Source: Clostridia bacterium
GTDB taxonomy: Bacteria > Bacillota > Clostridia > Christensenellales > UBA3700
Length of the DNA: 64,000 bases
NCBI GenBank assembly: GCA_029060025.1
Contig: JAIDUV010000007.1
Location: forward strand, 13,007-77,006
Direction of reading: 5' to 3'
Position numbers and translations under genes: made by a program. A model generated the notes under the pieces. That model searched no databases. It was not told the DNA's origin and saw only the letters and a list, made by a program, of their open reading frames with translations. Of the stretch, positions 1 to 10,122 are shown piece by piece (position 1 is the first letter of the stretch; each line of letters begins with the position of its first letter).

Positions 1-1041
1 ATCGACTACGTGCTTATCAAAAACGTCTTTGGCGGCACGTCAAAAGTTGCCTTCAAAAGTTGCGACCAAGGCAGAGAAAAATTTCAGGGCGCTTCGCTCG
101 ACTTTGTGTGGTTTGACGAAGAACCTCCAAAAGACGTCTACGACGAGTGCCGTATGCGAGTAATTGACAGAGTGGGAGAGATATGGGGGACGATGACTCC
201 CCTCAAAGGTTTGACTTGGGTCTATGACGAGATTTATCTCAACTCGGCGGGAGACGACGAAGTCTGGCACGAGCACGTAGAGTGGGCGGACAATCCTTTC
301 TTGGACAAAAAAGAAGTGGCAAGTCTGTCTGCGAATATGGACGAGCAGACGCTTTCGTCTAGGCGTTACGGCAGATTTTGCGAGGCGGAAGGCATCGTAT
401 ACAAAGAATTTCAGCCCGAGCGAGACGTCATTGCGCCCTTTGACGTGCCTTTTGAGTGGCAGGACGAAATATCTATAGACCCCGGGCTCAACAATCCGCT
501 GGCGTGTCTTTTCTTTGCCACTGATTTTGACGGCAACGTATATGTCGTAGGAGAGTGGTATATGGCGGGCAAGGATATAGATTATCACGCCGAGCAAATC
601 AAGCGGCTGGCAAACAAGTTAAATTGGCACACAGACGGCAAGGGCAGGCTGACCGCCTTGATAGACAGCGCCGCCGATCAACATACTCTTGCGTCGCGCA
701 AGAGCGTAAGCGAGTTGTTTTACGACAGAGGTATACTCGTCAATACCAACGTGGAGAAACAACTTTTCAGCGGTATAGCAAGCGTCAAGAGTTATTTTGC
801 AGAGGGAAAACTCAAGATATTTTCCACTTGCGTAAATCTTATCAGAGAACTCAAAAGTTATTGGTGGGGCAGCGGTGACAGACCTATCAAAAAGGATGAT
901 CACGCCCTTGACGCATTGCGATACTATATCGTATCAAAGCCTCAGCCGGCAAGACTGCCAAAGACGCAAGCCAGCGAGATACAGAAGGACAAACGACGAC
1001 TTATCAACGCTCGAAACAACTTGGGAAAGAGAATAAGATAG
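1..1041 (+). CDS. Phage terminase large subunit, C-terminal part (5' end outside the window)
   Basis: The frame is open from base 1. A Walker-B-like LDFVWFDEEP is followed by nuclease-domain motifs (IDPG..ACLFFATDFDGNVYVVGEWY, DDHALDALRYYIV) typical of TerL. Confidence 0.85.
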   Translation: MDYVLIKNVFGGTSKVAFKSCDQGREKFQGASLDFVWFDEEPPKDVYDECRMRVIDRVGEIWGTMTPLKGLTWVYDEIYLNSAGDDEVWHEHVEWADNPFLDKKEVASLSANMDEQTLSSRRYGRFCEAEGIVYKEFQPERDVIAPFDVPFEWQDEISIDPGLNNPLACLFFATDFDGNVYVVGEWYMAGKDIDYHAEQIKRLANKLNWHTDGKGRLTALIDSAADQHTLASRKSVSELFYDRGILVNTNVEKQLFSGIASVKSYFAEGKLKIFSTCVNLIRELKSYWWGSGDRPIKKDDHALDALRYYIVSKPQPARLPKTQASEIQKDKRRLINARNNLGKRIR

Positions 1042-1078
1042 CGGTATTCAATAGGATATAAGGCTAGGGGAGAAAAAA

Positions 1079-1375
1079 ATGAATGACAATATAGAAAGCG
1101 CTATTTTGCGCAAAGCCGTTGGGTATGACGTGCAAGAAGTAGTCGAAGAGTATTCGGGTGAAAACGAACTTCTCAAACGCAAAGTGAGCAACAAGCACAT
1201 ACCGCCCGATATGACGGCCATCAAGACGGTTTTGGAACTTAAAGGACAGGAAAACGATTTGGCAAAGATGAGTGATGAAGAACTTGAACAACTCAAAACA
1301 AAACTGCTCAGGCAACTAAAAGACCTGACGAAAGGAGGAAGCAATGAAAGTAATAATTCAAACAAACAAGATTAG
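1079..1375 (+). CDS. Small phage protein of unknown function, with an acidic coiled-coil C-terminus
   Basis: ORF with an upstream GGGGAG RBS, lying between TerL and portal. No motif recognised with confidence. Confidence 0.4.
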   Translation: MNDNIESAILRKAVGYDVQEVVEEYSGENELLKRKVSNKHIPPDMTAIKTVLELKGQENDLAKMSDEELEQLKTKLLRQLKDLTKGGSNESNNSNKQD

Positions 1376-1568
1376 GTGCGACGTCGGCAATTGCCGCAAC
1401 CTTGCAAAGTATTCTGTTGCGCCGGAGGGCGTGGGCGCGGGACAGTACATCAATTTGTGCGAAGAGTGTATGAAACAACTTTACGGAGAAATCGGCTTGC
1501 TAATCACGCCTAAGCGCAAAAGATCGAAAAAAACTAATTCGGGAGAAAGTGTAAATGACAAGATTTAA
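1344..1568 (+). CDS. Small phage zinc-ribbon protein (CxxxxC...CxxC)
   Basis: A GGAGG RBS precedes the ATG. Two Cys pairs are present (CDVGNC ... CEEC). The ORF overlaps both neighbours as in packed phage modules. Confidence 0.4.
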   Translation: MKVIIQTNKIRCDVGNCRNLAKYSVAPEGVGAGQYINLCEECMKQLYGEIGLLITPKRKRSKKTNSGESVNDKI

Positions 1569-3441
1569 CGGAAAGTTCAGCGAAGATATAGTCAAAGAAG
1601 TACGCAAAGATTTCGAGCGCAGACGGCAAGAGCGCAAGCCGCTTGAATTGCAGTGGCGGCTCAATATGAATTTTTATAGTGGTAATCAATACGCGGAGAT
1701 AACTCCCGTGGGAGACGTAGAGCAGTACGGCAAGCAATATTATTGGCAAGAGAGAGAGGTATACAACCATATTGCTTCAATAATCGAGACGCGACTTTCC
1801 AAACTCAACAGACTCAAGTGCGCTATCAGCGTTCGCCCTTTCAGCAACGACGACAGCGACGTGCAGACGGCGAAATTGTCTACGCAAATTATCAAAGCGC
1901 TTTGTGAAGAAAACGATCTTCCGCGCTTGCTCAACGAAGCAAGCAGTTGGAGCGAAGTGACAGGAAGTTGCTTTTTTAAGACAGTCTGGGCAGGCGAAAA
2001 AGGAAGAGTGATAGGGCAAAGCAAAAAGGGCGCCGTGCGCGAAGGCGACGTAGATATTTCCGTCGTTCCGCCATACGAGATTTTCCCCGACAATGTCGGC
2101 ACACCCAACCTTGACGACTGTATGAGCATCATACACGCCAAGGCTTATCACGTCGACGAAATCAAAGATATATGGGGAGTGGAAGTCGACGGCGAGGACG
2201 TCAACGTCTTTTCGCTCGACGGCGCGCAAGTGAGAGCGGGCTTGGGATTTGACGGCGCTCCCAACGTGCTTGACGGCGTGGCTCACGATATGTGCGTGGT
2301 GATAGAGAAATACTCTCGACCCACGGCGGACAAGCCCAACGGCGAGTTGAGTATCGTTGCGGGTGACAAGTTGTTATATCACGGAGACTTGCCATATATC
2401 AACGCCGTCAATGGCGGAAGAAGTTATCCGTTCACAAAGATTATTTGTCTTGAGAAGTTGGGTTGTTTTTACGGTACGAGTATCATAGAGAGGCTTATTC
2501 CGTTGCAGAGGGCATACAACGCAGTCAAAAACCGCAAGCACGAATTTATCAACCGCCTGTCTATGGGCGTATTGAGTATTGAAGACGGCTCCGTCGACAC
2601 AGACAATCTTGAGGAAGAAGGTCTTTCGCCCGGCAAAGTCTTGATATACCGTCAAGGGTCTACGCCGCCCAAGTTGCTTGAAAGCGGAAGAGTGCCGGTG
2701 GACTTTCAATACGAAGAAGAGAGAATACTGTCGGAGTTTACGACGATATCAGGCGTAAGCGAATTGAGCAAGTATTCCAACGTGCTTAATCAAATGTCGG
2801 GTAAGGCAATAGGTATGCTCGTAGAGCAGGACGATACCCGACTGTCTATTGCCACGACGTCGTTGAGAATGGGTATCAAGAGAATATGCGAGCAAATGTT
2901 GAGACTGTATAGGCAGTTTTGTCAAACCAAGCGAATGAAAAGATTTTCCGGTGACAACGGAGAGGTGGAACTTGCTTACTTTACGGCAAGCGATTTGCAA
3001 AGCGACGACCTTGTGTTTGACAACGAAAACGAATTGACCGACACTTTGGAAAACAAGCGAAATATGGTAATCGAACTCGTGCGTATGGGTATCTTCAATG
3101 ACGAAAACGGCGCTATATCAAATCGCAACAAACTCAAGATACTTGAGATATTGGGCTTTGGCAACTGGGAGTCAAGCAGGGATATTGACGAAAGTCACCG
3201 CAAAAAGGCAATGAAAGAAAATCTTGACTTTGGCAAAGAAGAAGTCAAAGTCGCGGAGTACGACGACCACAGTTTGCATATCGACGAACATCTCAAACGC
3301 TTGCTTGAAGAAAAAGACGAAGCACTTGTGTCTATTATTGACGAGCATATCAGACAGCACAGAATGATGAAGACTCTGGATATGGCAAATACATCTGACA
3401 ATGGAGGACAAAATGAAAACAGTATTATACCGACAGACTGA
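1555..3441 (+). CDS. Phage portal protein
   Basis: A 628-aa ORF immediately after the terminase region and before scaffold and coat. Size and position are typical. The call rests on synteny plus general portal-like composition. Confidence 0.7.
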   Translation: MTRFNGKFSEDIVKEVRKDFERRRQERKPLELQWRLNMNFYSGNQYAEITPVGDVEQYGKQYYWQEREVYNHIASIIETRLSKLNRLKCAISVRPFSNDDSDVQTAKLSTQIIKALCEENDLPRLLNEASSWSEVTGSCFFKTVWAGEKGRVIGQSKKGAVREGDVDISVVPPYEIFPDNVGTPNLDDCMSIIHAKAYHVDEIKDIWGVEVDGEDVNVFSLDGAQVRAGLGFDGAPNVLDGVAHDMCVVIEKYSRPTADKPNGELSIVAGDKLLYHGDLPYINAVNGGRSYPFTKIICLEKLGCFYGTSIIERLIPLQRAYNAVKNRKHEFINRLSMGVLSIEDGSVDTDNLEEEGLSPGKVLIYRQGSTPPKLLESGRVPVDFQYEEERILSEFTTISGVSELSKYSNVLNQMSGKAIGMLVEQDDTRLSIATTSLRMGIKRICEQMLRLYRQFCQTKRMKRFSGDNGEVELAYFTASDLQSDDLVFDNENELTDTLENKRNMVIELVRMGIFNDENGAISNRNKLKILEILGFGNWESSRDIDESHRKKAMKENLDFGKEEVKVAEYDDHSLHIDEHLKRLLEEKDEALVSIIDEHIRQHRMMKTLDMANTSDNGGQNENSIIPTD

Positions 3442-4036
3442 TCTCAATGACTCGACGCAGAAAGCGTGCGAGTCTGAGAATATACCCCCAAAGACGCAAG
3501 GGGAAGATATTTTGCAGGAGACGTGCGAGTCTCTGCCTGAAGAGCAGGAGGAAAAGAACGCCGACGGTGGCGCTTGTGACGGATGCGAAGGGGAGGATAT
3601 AAAAGACGCTCCCAATAATGGAAATATATCCGTATTCGAGCAAGTCGGTTGGAAGGCAAAAGTACAAAACTTTTTGCAAGCGTATCCAATAGCCAAGGAC
3701 TTTTCCGCTCAGATAGGCAGGCTCATAGCAGACAGTGAGGAGTTATCTAAAGATGAAAATTGCTTGGAAAAAGCACTTGCGGCGGCTCTTGCCGACGCTT
3801 ACGTTGCTCCCGAAAAACTTGCAGCAGATGAAGATTTTTTGCAAAAGTACGTCTTGAGCAATCAAGTCTTAAAGGACAGAATTATTCAAGAATATCTCGA
3901 CGGACTTCAACAAAATCTTCCCCCCAAGTCGATTTCTACAAGGGGACAAATCACACTTACTCCGCCGTCAAGACCTACGAGCATAGCCGAGGCGGGGAAT
4001 GTATTCAAGGCTATGTTCAACAATAGGAGGATATAA
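3413..4036 (+). CDS. Putative scaffolding protein
   Basis: Acidic, helix-prone ~207-aa product between portal and coat. GGAGG at 3403-3407 favours the ATG at 3413 over 3401. Confidence 0.45.
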   Translation: MKTVLYRQTDLNDSTQKACESENIPPKTQGEDILQETCESLPEEQEEKNADGGACDGCEGEDIKDAPNNGNISVFEQVGWKAKVQNFLQAYPIAKDFSAQIGRLIADSEELSKDENCLEKALAAALADAYVAPEKLAADEDFLQKYVLSNQVLKDRIIQEYLDGLQQNLPPKSISTRGQITLTPPSRPTSIAEAGNVFKAMFNNRRI

Positions 4037-5205
4037 TGGTAACATTAGAAACAGCAGAAAAGGCGCTTAAAAGCGTGTATTTAAACGTAGTAGCAGATCA
4101 ACTCAACGTGGGTGTCAACCCGCTTCTTGCAAAGATAGAACAGACGTCGAGCGACGTATGGGGCAAGGAGATAATCAAACTTGTGCCGTACGGTATCAAC
4201 GGCGGTATCGGCGCAGGTACTGAGACAGGAGAACTTCCAACTCCTGCGGCAAACAATTACGACAGGTTTAAGTTGGAACTGAAGAACCTTTACGGCACGA
4301 TAGAACTTTCTGACAAGGCTATCAGAGCGTCGCAGTCAAATACCGGCGCGTTCGTCAATCTTCTCAACGCAGAGATGGAGGGCTTGCTCAAGGCGTCCAA
4401 GTTTAATCTAGGCAGAATGTTGTACGGAGACGGCAGCGGTACTCTTGCTATTTGCAAGGGACAGGGCGGCGAGTCCAACGTCATTGCGCTTGACAGCGTA
4501 CGCAACGTAATGGAAGGTATGGTAGTAGACGTATATTCCAAGACTGGCGGCACCGTCTACGGAGATCTCAAAGGCGTGAGAATTGTCAGCGTTGACAGAG
4601 TAAACAACACTATCACATTTGCGTCAAACGTATCGACTACGGTAGCGGACGGAGATGTATTGACAGTGCAAGGCTCGAGAGAAAACGAGTTGACGGGTCT
4701 CGGCGCAATCTTCTCAGACAGAGACTTGTACGGCTTGTCGAGAGCAGGCAGAAGTTGGCTCGCGCCAAAGCAATATTCCAACGTAGGCTCGCTTTCCACG
4801 GCAAAAATTCAAAGCGCGATAGACTATATCGACGAAGTCGCAGGCTCTCAAATCGACTTTATCGTATGTTCCTACGACGTGAGAAGAGCATACCTCGATT
4901 ATCTCGCTTTGACGAGAACCAACGTGGATTATATGAATCTCGACGGCGGTTTTAAGGCGTTGTCTTACAACGGTATTCCGCTCATTGCAGACAGATTTGT
5001 CGAGTCGGGTACTATGTATTTGCTCAACAGCAAGGACTTCAAGTTGCACCAACTCTGCGATTGGAGATGGCTTGAGGGGGACAACGGAAAAGTCATCAAG
5101 CAAAAGGCGGGTAGCGCAACTTACGGCGCGACGCTCGTCAAGTATGCTGATATGATTTGCGATAAGCCTATAGGACAGGCTAAGTTGTCAGGTATCACGT
5201 GTTAA
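4036..5205 (+). CDS. Phage major capsid (coat) protein
   Basis: A 389-aa ORF coupled to the scaffold gene by a TAATG overlap. Its position and length fit a P22/HK97-fold coat protein. Confidence 0.75.
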   Translation: MVTLETAEKALKSVYLNVVADQLNVGVNPLLAKIEQTSSDVWGKEIIKLVPYGINGGIGAGTETGELPTPAANNYDRFKLELKNLYGTIELSDKAIRASQSNTGAFVNLLNAEMEGLLKASKFNLGRMLYGDGSGTLAICKGQGGESNVIALDSVRNVMEGMVVDVYSKTGGTVYGDLKGVRIVSVDRVNNTITFASNVSTTVADGDVLTVQGSRENELTGLGAIFSDRDLYGLSRAGRSWLAPKQYSNVGSLSTAKIQSAIDYIDEVAGSQIDFIVCSYDVRRAYLDYLALTRTNVDYMNLDGGFKALSYNGIPLIADRFVESGTMYLLNSKDFKLHQLCDWRWLEGDNGKVIKQKAGSATYGATLVKYADMICDKPIGQAKLSGITC

Positions 5206-5256
5206 TAGACCGAGCGTGTATACCAGCCGTCTTTTAGTCCTAACGTTGGGACTCGG

Positions 5257-5293
5257 GAAGTCGACGTGTACGGCAAGTACACTCGGCGACTTC
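5257..5293 (+). other. Strong two-tier hairpin just downstream of the coat gene
   Basis: gaagtcg/cgacttc and gtgtac/gtacac stems surround a ggcaa loop. No U-run follows, so it is more likely an mRNA-stabilising or attenuating element than a classical terminator. Confidence 0.4.
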
Positions 5294-5362
5294 ATTTCGC
5301 CCTAGCACGGACAAAAATACGACTAATCTCCACGCTCGCGCAAAACAAGATTAAATAATTAT

Positions 5363-5449
5363 GTCATTTTGACCGAAATGCAGTGTAGTGGAGAAATCTA
5401 TACTAATTAAATATAAAGATAGAGACCTCTCCGCTGCGGTCGAGGTGAC
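5363..5449. repeat. Family-1 intergenic repeat, inverted pair (long A-type unit + B-type unit)
   Basis: gtcattttgaccgaaatgcagtgtagtggagaaatct (5363-5399) faces agagacctctccgctgcggtcgaggtgac (5421-5449). The same unit recurs at 10 or more other intergenic sites in the window. Confidence 0.85.
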
Positions 5450-5487
5450 GTCTTGTGGCGAAGTCGAAGAATCTAAACAGGAGCATT

Positions 5488-5802
5488 ATGGACAGACTAA
5501 TTGAAATAACCGACGATCTTTTTGACATATCTTCGAGGATAAAGAGCATAGACGAAAATTACAAAATCTATTTTAATGGGGGAACTCGCAGATATGAGTT
5601 GCACAACTCCTCAAAGACGCCGTCTTTTCAAGCGGTTTTTCCATATACTTCTCTTGACAAAAGGGCGCTTGATTTTGCAAGACAAACTGCGGTGCGCAAC
5701 AAAGAAAAAATACTTGCCGAGATTGACGCCCACAACGCTCGACTTGAAAAACAGCGTCAAGACGAATTGATACAAAAAGTTATGGGCGGTTTAAGACTAT
5801 AG
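5488..5802 (+). CDS. Phage protein of unknown function
   Basis: The ATG at 5488 is preceded by an AGGAG RBS. The GTG at 5455 would overlap the repeat pair. Confidence 0.4.
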   Translation: MDRLIEITDDLFDISSRIKSIDENYKIYFNGGTRRYELHNSSKTPSFQAVFPYTSLDKRALDFARQTAVRNKEKILAEIDAHNARLEKQRQDELIQKVMGGLRL

Positions 5803-5836
5803 AGCCTATGAACAAATAAATAGATAAAAACAATGG

Positions 5837-5913
5837 AGCCTATCATTGAGTAAGCGTGAGTGATATTGCGTAAATCTATAGCAATATTGCCACGCGAACT
5901 TAATGATAGGCTC
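5837..5913. repeat. Family-2 MITE-like element (short form) enclosed in a perfect 12-bp inverted repeat
   Basis: gagcctatcatt ... aatgataggctc flank gagtaagcgtg..gcgtaaatc..attgccacgcgaacttaa. It is related to copies at 7925-8062 (reverse orientation) and 60174-60234. Confidence 0.75.
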
Positions 5914-5932
5914 TAAGAAAAAAGGAGGGAAA

Positions 5933-6484
5933 ATGCAACTAAAAGAAGCAATACAAATATGTTTGACGTATCTCGGTGACGAAGACGCAAGTATAAATAC
6001 GCAGACGGCGCAACACCCAAAACTCAAACTGTTGGTCAAGTGCGCTAATCTTGTGATAAAAGAAATTGCCGCCGAGTACGTTCCGCTTATAGAAGAAGAG
6101 ACAGCCGACGTCGTCGACGGCAAGATAAGTTTTGAGGGGCTTATGCACAAAGTCGCAGAGGTACGCAAAGTGCAAGACGCGCTCAGCGGATTGACGTCTG
6201 ATTTTTACAACACGCCTACGCATTGCAGACTGCTCAACGACGGCGTAAAGAAGGCAAGGATAGTATACAGTTATTTACCCCTCGACATTGACATTGAAGA
6301 CGACTGTCCGTTGCCGCCTGCTGTCGGCGCAAAGACGTTGGCGCTGGGGATATGCGCGGAGTACAGTATGATCTCGGGTATGTATGAGCAGTCGGTGATG
6401 TACTCCGACAGATTCAAGCAGGATATGCGCACGGCAGTGCGAAAGAAAGGGGAGATAAAAGTCAAACCCCGAAGGTGGTGTTGA
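5933..6484 (+). CDS. Putative head-tail adaptor (gp4-position protein)
   Basis: AAGGAGGG RBS before the ATG at 5933. The call rests only on position after the coat gene in a P22-like order. Confidence 0.3.
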   Translation: MQLKEAIQICLTYLGDEDASINTQTAQHPKLKLLVKCANLVIKEIAAEYVPLIEEETADVVDGKISFEGLMHKVAEVRKVQDALSGLTSDFYNTPTHCRLLNDGVKKARIVYSYLPLDIDIEDDCPLPPAVGAKTLALGICAEYSMISGMYEQSVMYSDRFKQDMRTAVRKKGEIKVKPRRWC

Positions 6485-6485
6485 G

Positions 6486-7913
6486 ATGTTTTACGACAAG
6501 AATTACGCGCTTGCAAAACCCGAGCGCAAGAGAGTGGCTCTGTCTGGATTCAAGGGGTATGACGAAACCAAAGTATCGCGCAATTTGCCGTGCGACTATG
6601 TTGATTGCGTATACAATTTTAAGTTTAAGAATGGGCGTTTGGTCAATCCGTACGGCATAAGCGCGCTGGAGTTTGACGGCGAGGTAATTCCGCCAATTCC
6701 CGACGGCTTGGGAAAGTGTAAGTTGTTTTTGACGACTTCCGAGAAAGATGGAAAACTCAAAAGCCGACTTGTATTGTCGCACGAAGGCGGATTGGAGTAT
6801 CTGACGGCAGGTGAGAAAGAATGGAATCATATCGACGCGCAAGGTGCGTTTGACGTTGGCGTCAACTATCTTTACAAAGATGCAGATTTGCTTTTGCTGT
6901 CAGGCGAGAGCGGACTCAAAGCGCTTTCGGGAGACAAACTCATTGATATAAAAAATGATATGCGAATACTTGATATGTGCGCGCATTACGAGAGGATTTA
7001 CGCCGTCGTAGAGGGCGTCCGCAACAGTCTTTGGTTTAGTGACGACTTTGATCCTTTCAATTGGAACGTATCACTTGACGAGGGCGGTTACATAGAGTTT
7101 GACGGCTCGCTCGGCGGCGTCAACGCAGTCAGGAGTTTTGACAATTATCTTTACGTATTTTGCGACTTCGGCATATACAGACTGACGGCTTACGCAGACC
7201 AGACTCAATTCAATATGAAAAAGGTATACGCATCCGGCGGTCGCATTTTTGCAAATTCCATCACGGAGTGCGGAGAGTACGTAGCCTTTGCCGGAGAGGA
7301 CGGTATATATCTCTTTGACGGCTACGGAGTGTCGAGATACTCCGTCAAGACCAACGACTTGTTGCAGGGCGGGTTTAAGGACGTGTCGGCGTGTTATGCG
7401 CATCACAAATATATCTTGTCGTTTACCAACGATGCAGATTGCGATTACGGAATTTTTTCAAGACAGCGAGATAACAACGTCGTTATGATGTTCGACTTGA
7501 CGGACAAGTCCGTAGACTTTATGCGAGGCGTATCTTTATTTGACTTAAATACTGTTGGCGCGTACGGCGAAGGAAAAATAATAGGACTTTCTGCCGATTG
7601 CTCATCACCTGTTCAACTCGACGATAGCGGTCTTTATTTGGGTATGCCGTATCAGAAGTATTGGCAGAGCGGAGAGATAGATTTCGACAGACCCGCCACG
7701 CTTAAAGTCGTACGCGGAGTGGAGTACAGCGCAGACAGTCAATATGTGTTTGGCATAGTTGCTGGCGGCGAACGGAGGGAATTTATTATTTCGCCTACAG
7801 AGAACCGTCAAAGCATTTACGTCAAGTCGGATAAGTTCATTTTCTACATTCGCTCCGACGGCGTCAACGAGAATATCCGTCCGCCGATACTCGAAGTCGA
7901 CTTTTTGAAGTAG
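6486..7913 (+). CDS. Putative tail-hub / DNA-stabilisation protein (P22 gp10-like size and position), with beta-propeller-like repeats
   Basis: A 475-aa product with repeated blade-like segments (NYLYVFCDFGIYRLT, GEYVAFAGEDGIYLFDG). P22 gp10 is about 472 aa and occupies the same position. The homology is unverified. Confidence 0.35.
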   Translation: MFYDKNYALAKPERKRVALSGFKGYDETKVSRNLPCDYVDCVYNFKFKNGRLVNPYGISALEFDGEVIPPIPDGLGKCKLFLTTSEKDGKLKSRLVLSHEGGLEYLTAGEKEWNHIDAQGAFDVGVNYLYKDADLLLLSGESGLKALSGDKLIDIKNDMRILDMCAHYERIYAVVEGVRNSLWFSDDFDPFNWNVSLDEGGYIEFDGSLGGVNAVRSFDNYLYVFCDFGIYRLTAYADQTQFNMKKVYASGGRIFANSITECGEYVAFAGEDGIYLFDGYGVSRYSVKTNDLLQGGFKDVSACYAHHKYILSFTNDADCDYGIFSRQRDNNVVMMFDLTDKSVDFMRGVSLFDLNTVGAYGEGKIIGLSADCSSPVQLDDSGLYLGMPYQKYWQSGEIDFDRPATLKVVRGVEYSADSQYVFGIVAGGERREFIISPTENRQSIYVKSDKFIFYIRSDGVNENIRPPILEVDFLK

Positions 7914-7924
7914 CGAGGTCCTTC

Positions 7925-8062
7925 TTAAGTTCGCGCGGCAATCTTACTATTGATTTACGCGCTAAGTTCGTCTACGTATTTTGACGTAACTCTGCTACGC
8001 CTGCAATACGTATCCTCCTTAACGCAAAAATCGTTTACGCAATCTTGTTCGCGCTCACTTAA
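7925..8062. repeat. Family-2 MITE-like element, long form with imperfect TTAAG terminal inverted repeats
   Basis: ttaagttcgcgcggcaatcttact ... cttgttcgcgctcacttaa. Its reverse complement aligns with 60174-60234 apart from a ~75-bp internal insertion. Confidence 0.75.
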
Positions 8063-8193
8063 GAATCACCTCTAAATGGGTGAGCATAAGTTATACGTAT
8101 TAGCACGTCAATTGTTATTGATTTATGTTGAGTATGTATACGAATTAAGGAAGAACTATGTACTTGAGAAGAGTAAATAAAGGGAGATAAATT

Positions 8194-8568
8194 ATGAATA
8201 TTAAAAGGATGGAAGTTATGCTGGGAGATTTGAGCGAGAGTTTTGACAGACACGTATCTTCGTCGGTTGCAGACTATTATTTCGTTTTGTCGGCAATTGA
8301 TGGGATGGGTAAGTTAAGGCTTAGGCTCTATTCTCAGGGCGGAAACGCTCAACTTGAGATTTTGGCGTTTGCTTTGGCAGGCAGTCAAACCAACTTTTCC
8401 GTCGAGGTCGACGGCAAGACTGTCGACGAGAGATCTGGGGAAGTAAGCATTGCGCCTTTGGCTCTTGCAAGAGGTTGGCGCGTCGTGGAAATTACCGGAC
8501 GAGGACTATCGTCGGGCAGAGTCCGCATAAGCGGAAATATATCCAACGCAAGCGTGCTTGCGGAATAA
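8194..8568 (+). CDS. Phage protein of unknown function
   Basis: GGGAG RBS and a 124-aa ORF in the tail-accessory region. Confidence 0.4.
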   Translation: MNIKRMEVMLGDLSESFDRHVSSSVADYYFVLSAIDGMGKLRLRLYSQGGNAQLEILAFALAGSQTNFSVEVDGKTVDERSGEVSIAPLALARGWRVVEITGRGLSSGRVRISGNISNASVLAE

Positions 8569-8589
8569 ATTTAAATACAAGGAGAAATT

Positions 8590-9591
8590 ATGACTTGGGA
8601 TGATTTTACGAAAAAGGTCAAGGCGTTTTTTACAGGTAAAAAGGTGGCGGATAGCGTAGATACGTCTCCTTATGACGAGGGTGAGAAAGACCTCATCGAC
8701 AAACTTGGACAACTTGACGAAGAATTTAAAAACAGTGACAATTACGACCCCGGCAAGGGGTATGAAGATATCTCCGATTTGTTGCCAGAGAAACAGACTT
8801 TTGAGTATCTCAAATACGAGGGAGACGACGAAGATACTATAAGAAGCAATACGAAGGATAAGTACGACGCGTTGCTAGAAGACGAAAAGAAGAAGGTCGA
8901 CGACGCTTTGAATACCAAGACGGCAGTCGTGGAAAATAAGAAGCAGGCAACTGACGAAGAGTATTCTCAAAAGCAAGAGCAAATCGACAGAGACTATGAC
9001 GAATTTCAAAAGGCGCTTGAGCAAGAACTCGTCAAGAAAGGACTTTACCGCTCGTCTATCAAGCAGGGACAGACGCAAGCCAACGAGCAGGCAAGAGCGT
9101 GGGAAAGCAACGAACTTTCGTCTAAACGCAACGTGGATATAAGCAGTCTTGACGCCGAGATTGCCAGGTTGCAGGGCGAAGCAAATACCGCGATTCAACA
9201 ACTTGACTTATCTTACGCTCAACAACTTGACAGCGAGATAGAACGCTTACTTGACAAGAGAAACAAAGAAATCGCAAGCATTGACAAATACAACAATACG
9301 CTCAAAGAAAAAGAAACCAAATATATCGAAGACAGAGCCAAGGCAATAGAGGCTCAACTTGCCCAAAGACTTAAGGACGAACTTACCATAAAGAATATGG
9401 AAGACAAGTACGGCTATGTAGGGGCAAAGAAAGAGAATTACCAAAAGCGTTTCGATATGGCGTACGATTATTATTCCGCGCTTCCGCAGGACGTAGCGTT
9501 GCAGATGTTGCAAAAAAATAAACAACTTGAGGAGTATCTTGGCGCGTATTACGGCAGACTTATTACGGAAATTGCCAAGACAAAGAAATGA
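8590..9591 (+). CDS. Phage coiled-coil protein (possible needle, ejection or structural protein)
   Basis: AGGAG RBS. A 333-aa, highly charged, heptad-rich sequence with no catalytic motif seen. Confidence 0.45.
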   Translation: MTWDDFTKKVKAFFTGKKVADSVDTSPYDEGEKDLIDKLGQLDEEFKNSDNYDPGKGYEDISDLLPEKQTFEYLKYEGDDEDTIRSNTKDKYDALLEDEKKKVDDALNTKTAVVENKKQATDEEYSQKQEQIDRDYDEFQKALEQELVKKGLYRSSIKQGQTQANEQARAWESNELSSKRNVDISSLDAEIARLQGEANTAIQQLDLSYAQQLDSEIERLLDKRNKEIASIDKYNNTLKEKETKYIEDRAKAIEAQLAQRLKDELTIKNMEDKYGYVGAKKENYQKRFDMAYDYYSALPQDVALQMLQKNKQLEEYLGAYYGRLITEIAKTKK

Positions 9592-9592
9592 T

Positions 9593-9883
9593 ATGTGGGA
9601 TGAGATTTTACAACTTGCGATAAGTGACGGACTGTGGGCGTTGCTATTTTGCGTATTGTTGATATATGAATTGAAAGATAGCAGAGCGAGGGAGACCAAG
9701 TATCAGAATACGATTTCTTCTCTCGCAAAAGACCTCGAGTATATGAAGGATATAGACGAGGATATAGAAGATATGAATAATGCGATAAGGGAGTATATGG
9801 AGAGCGTGGCGCAAGATAACCTTGATACCAAAACTGTATGCAAACATTCTCAGTCTACTTCCGGCGCAGAGGAGCGCTTATGA
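9593..9883 (+). CDS. BhlA/UviB-type holin-like protein
   Basis: The N-terminus MWDEILQLAISDGLWALLFCVLLIYELKDSRARE (a single TM followed by a charged coiled coil) matches my recollection of the BhlA/UviB family. The ATG at 9593 directly follows the upstream stop codon. Confidence 0.55.
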   Translation: MWDEILQLAISDGLWALLFCVLLIYELKDSRARETKYQNTISSLAKDLEYMKDIDEDIEDMNNAIREYMESVAQDNLDTKTVCKHSQSTSGAEERL

Positions 9884-10122
9884 AAGAAAAACTAAAAAGT
9901 TATGAATTTTGGGTGTCGGTAGTCAGCGCCGTTATGGTAGTTTTGCAGAGTATATCTCTCAAATTCGATTTGCCGTATATACAAGAAGTCGTTATGGGAT
10001 TCTTAGGAGTGCTTGCAGTGGCTGGCATAGTAAAGAAAAAAGCCCCGCCAACTGACGAGCCTTCGGAGAGTGAGCCGCCCCAAGACGAGCAAGAAAAAGA
10101 CGGGGATAGCAAAACGGCGTGA
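9880..10122 (+). CDS. Phage holin (phi-LC3-like, two TM segments, acidic tail)
   Basis: MKEKLKSYEFWVSVVSAVMVVLQS...GFLGVLAVAGIVKKK followed by a D/E/P-rich tail. An ATGA overlap couples it to the preceding gene. Confidence 0.6.
   Translation: MKEKLKSYEFWVSVVSAVMVVLQSISLKFDLPYIQEVVMGFLGVLAVAGIVKKKAPPTDEPSESEPPQDEQEKDGDSKTA

Noticed and set aside
40-597. Long antisense ORFs opposite well-supported genes. Examples: 40-597(-), 11391-12194(-), 18149-18760(-), 20046-20654(-), 33311-34228(-), 40812-41714(-), 50414-51571(-), 52537-53268(-), 54348-55463(-), 25222-25902(+).
   Set aside because: These are shadow ORFs of genes with strong family signatures on the other strand. They have no RBS, and their low-complexity or odd composition is typical of antisense frames.
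9527-9883. The longer 118-aa version of the BhlA-like ORF, and the upstream-extended starts given in the ORF track for several genes (10902, 12757, 19860, 24144, 28019, 35206, 44438, 56075, 56126, 57715, 60218).
   Set aside because: The extensions overlap upstream genes or repeats and lack an SD sequence. Internal ATGs with good SD spacing and family-typical N-termini were preferred.
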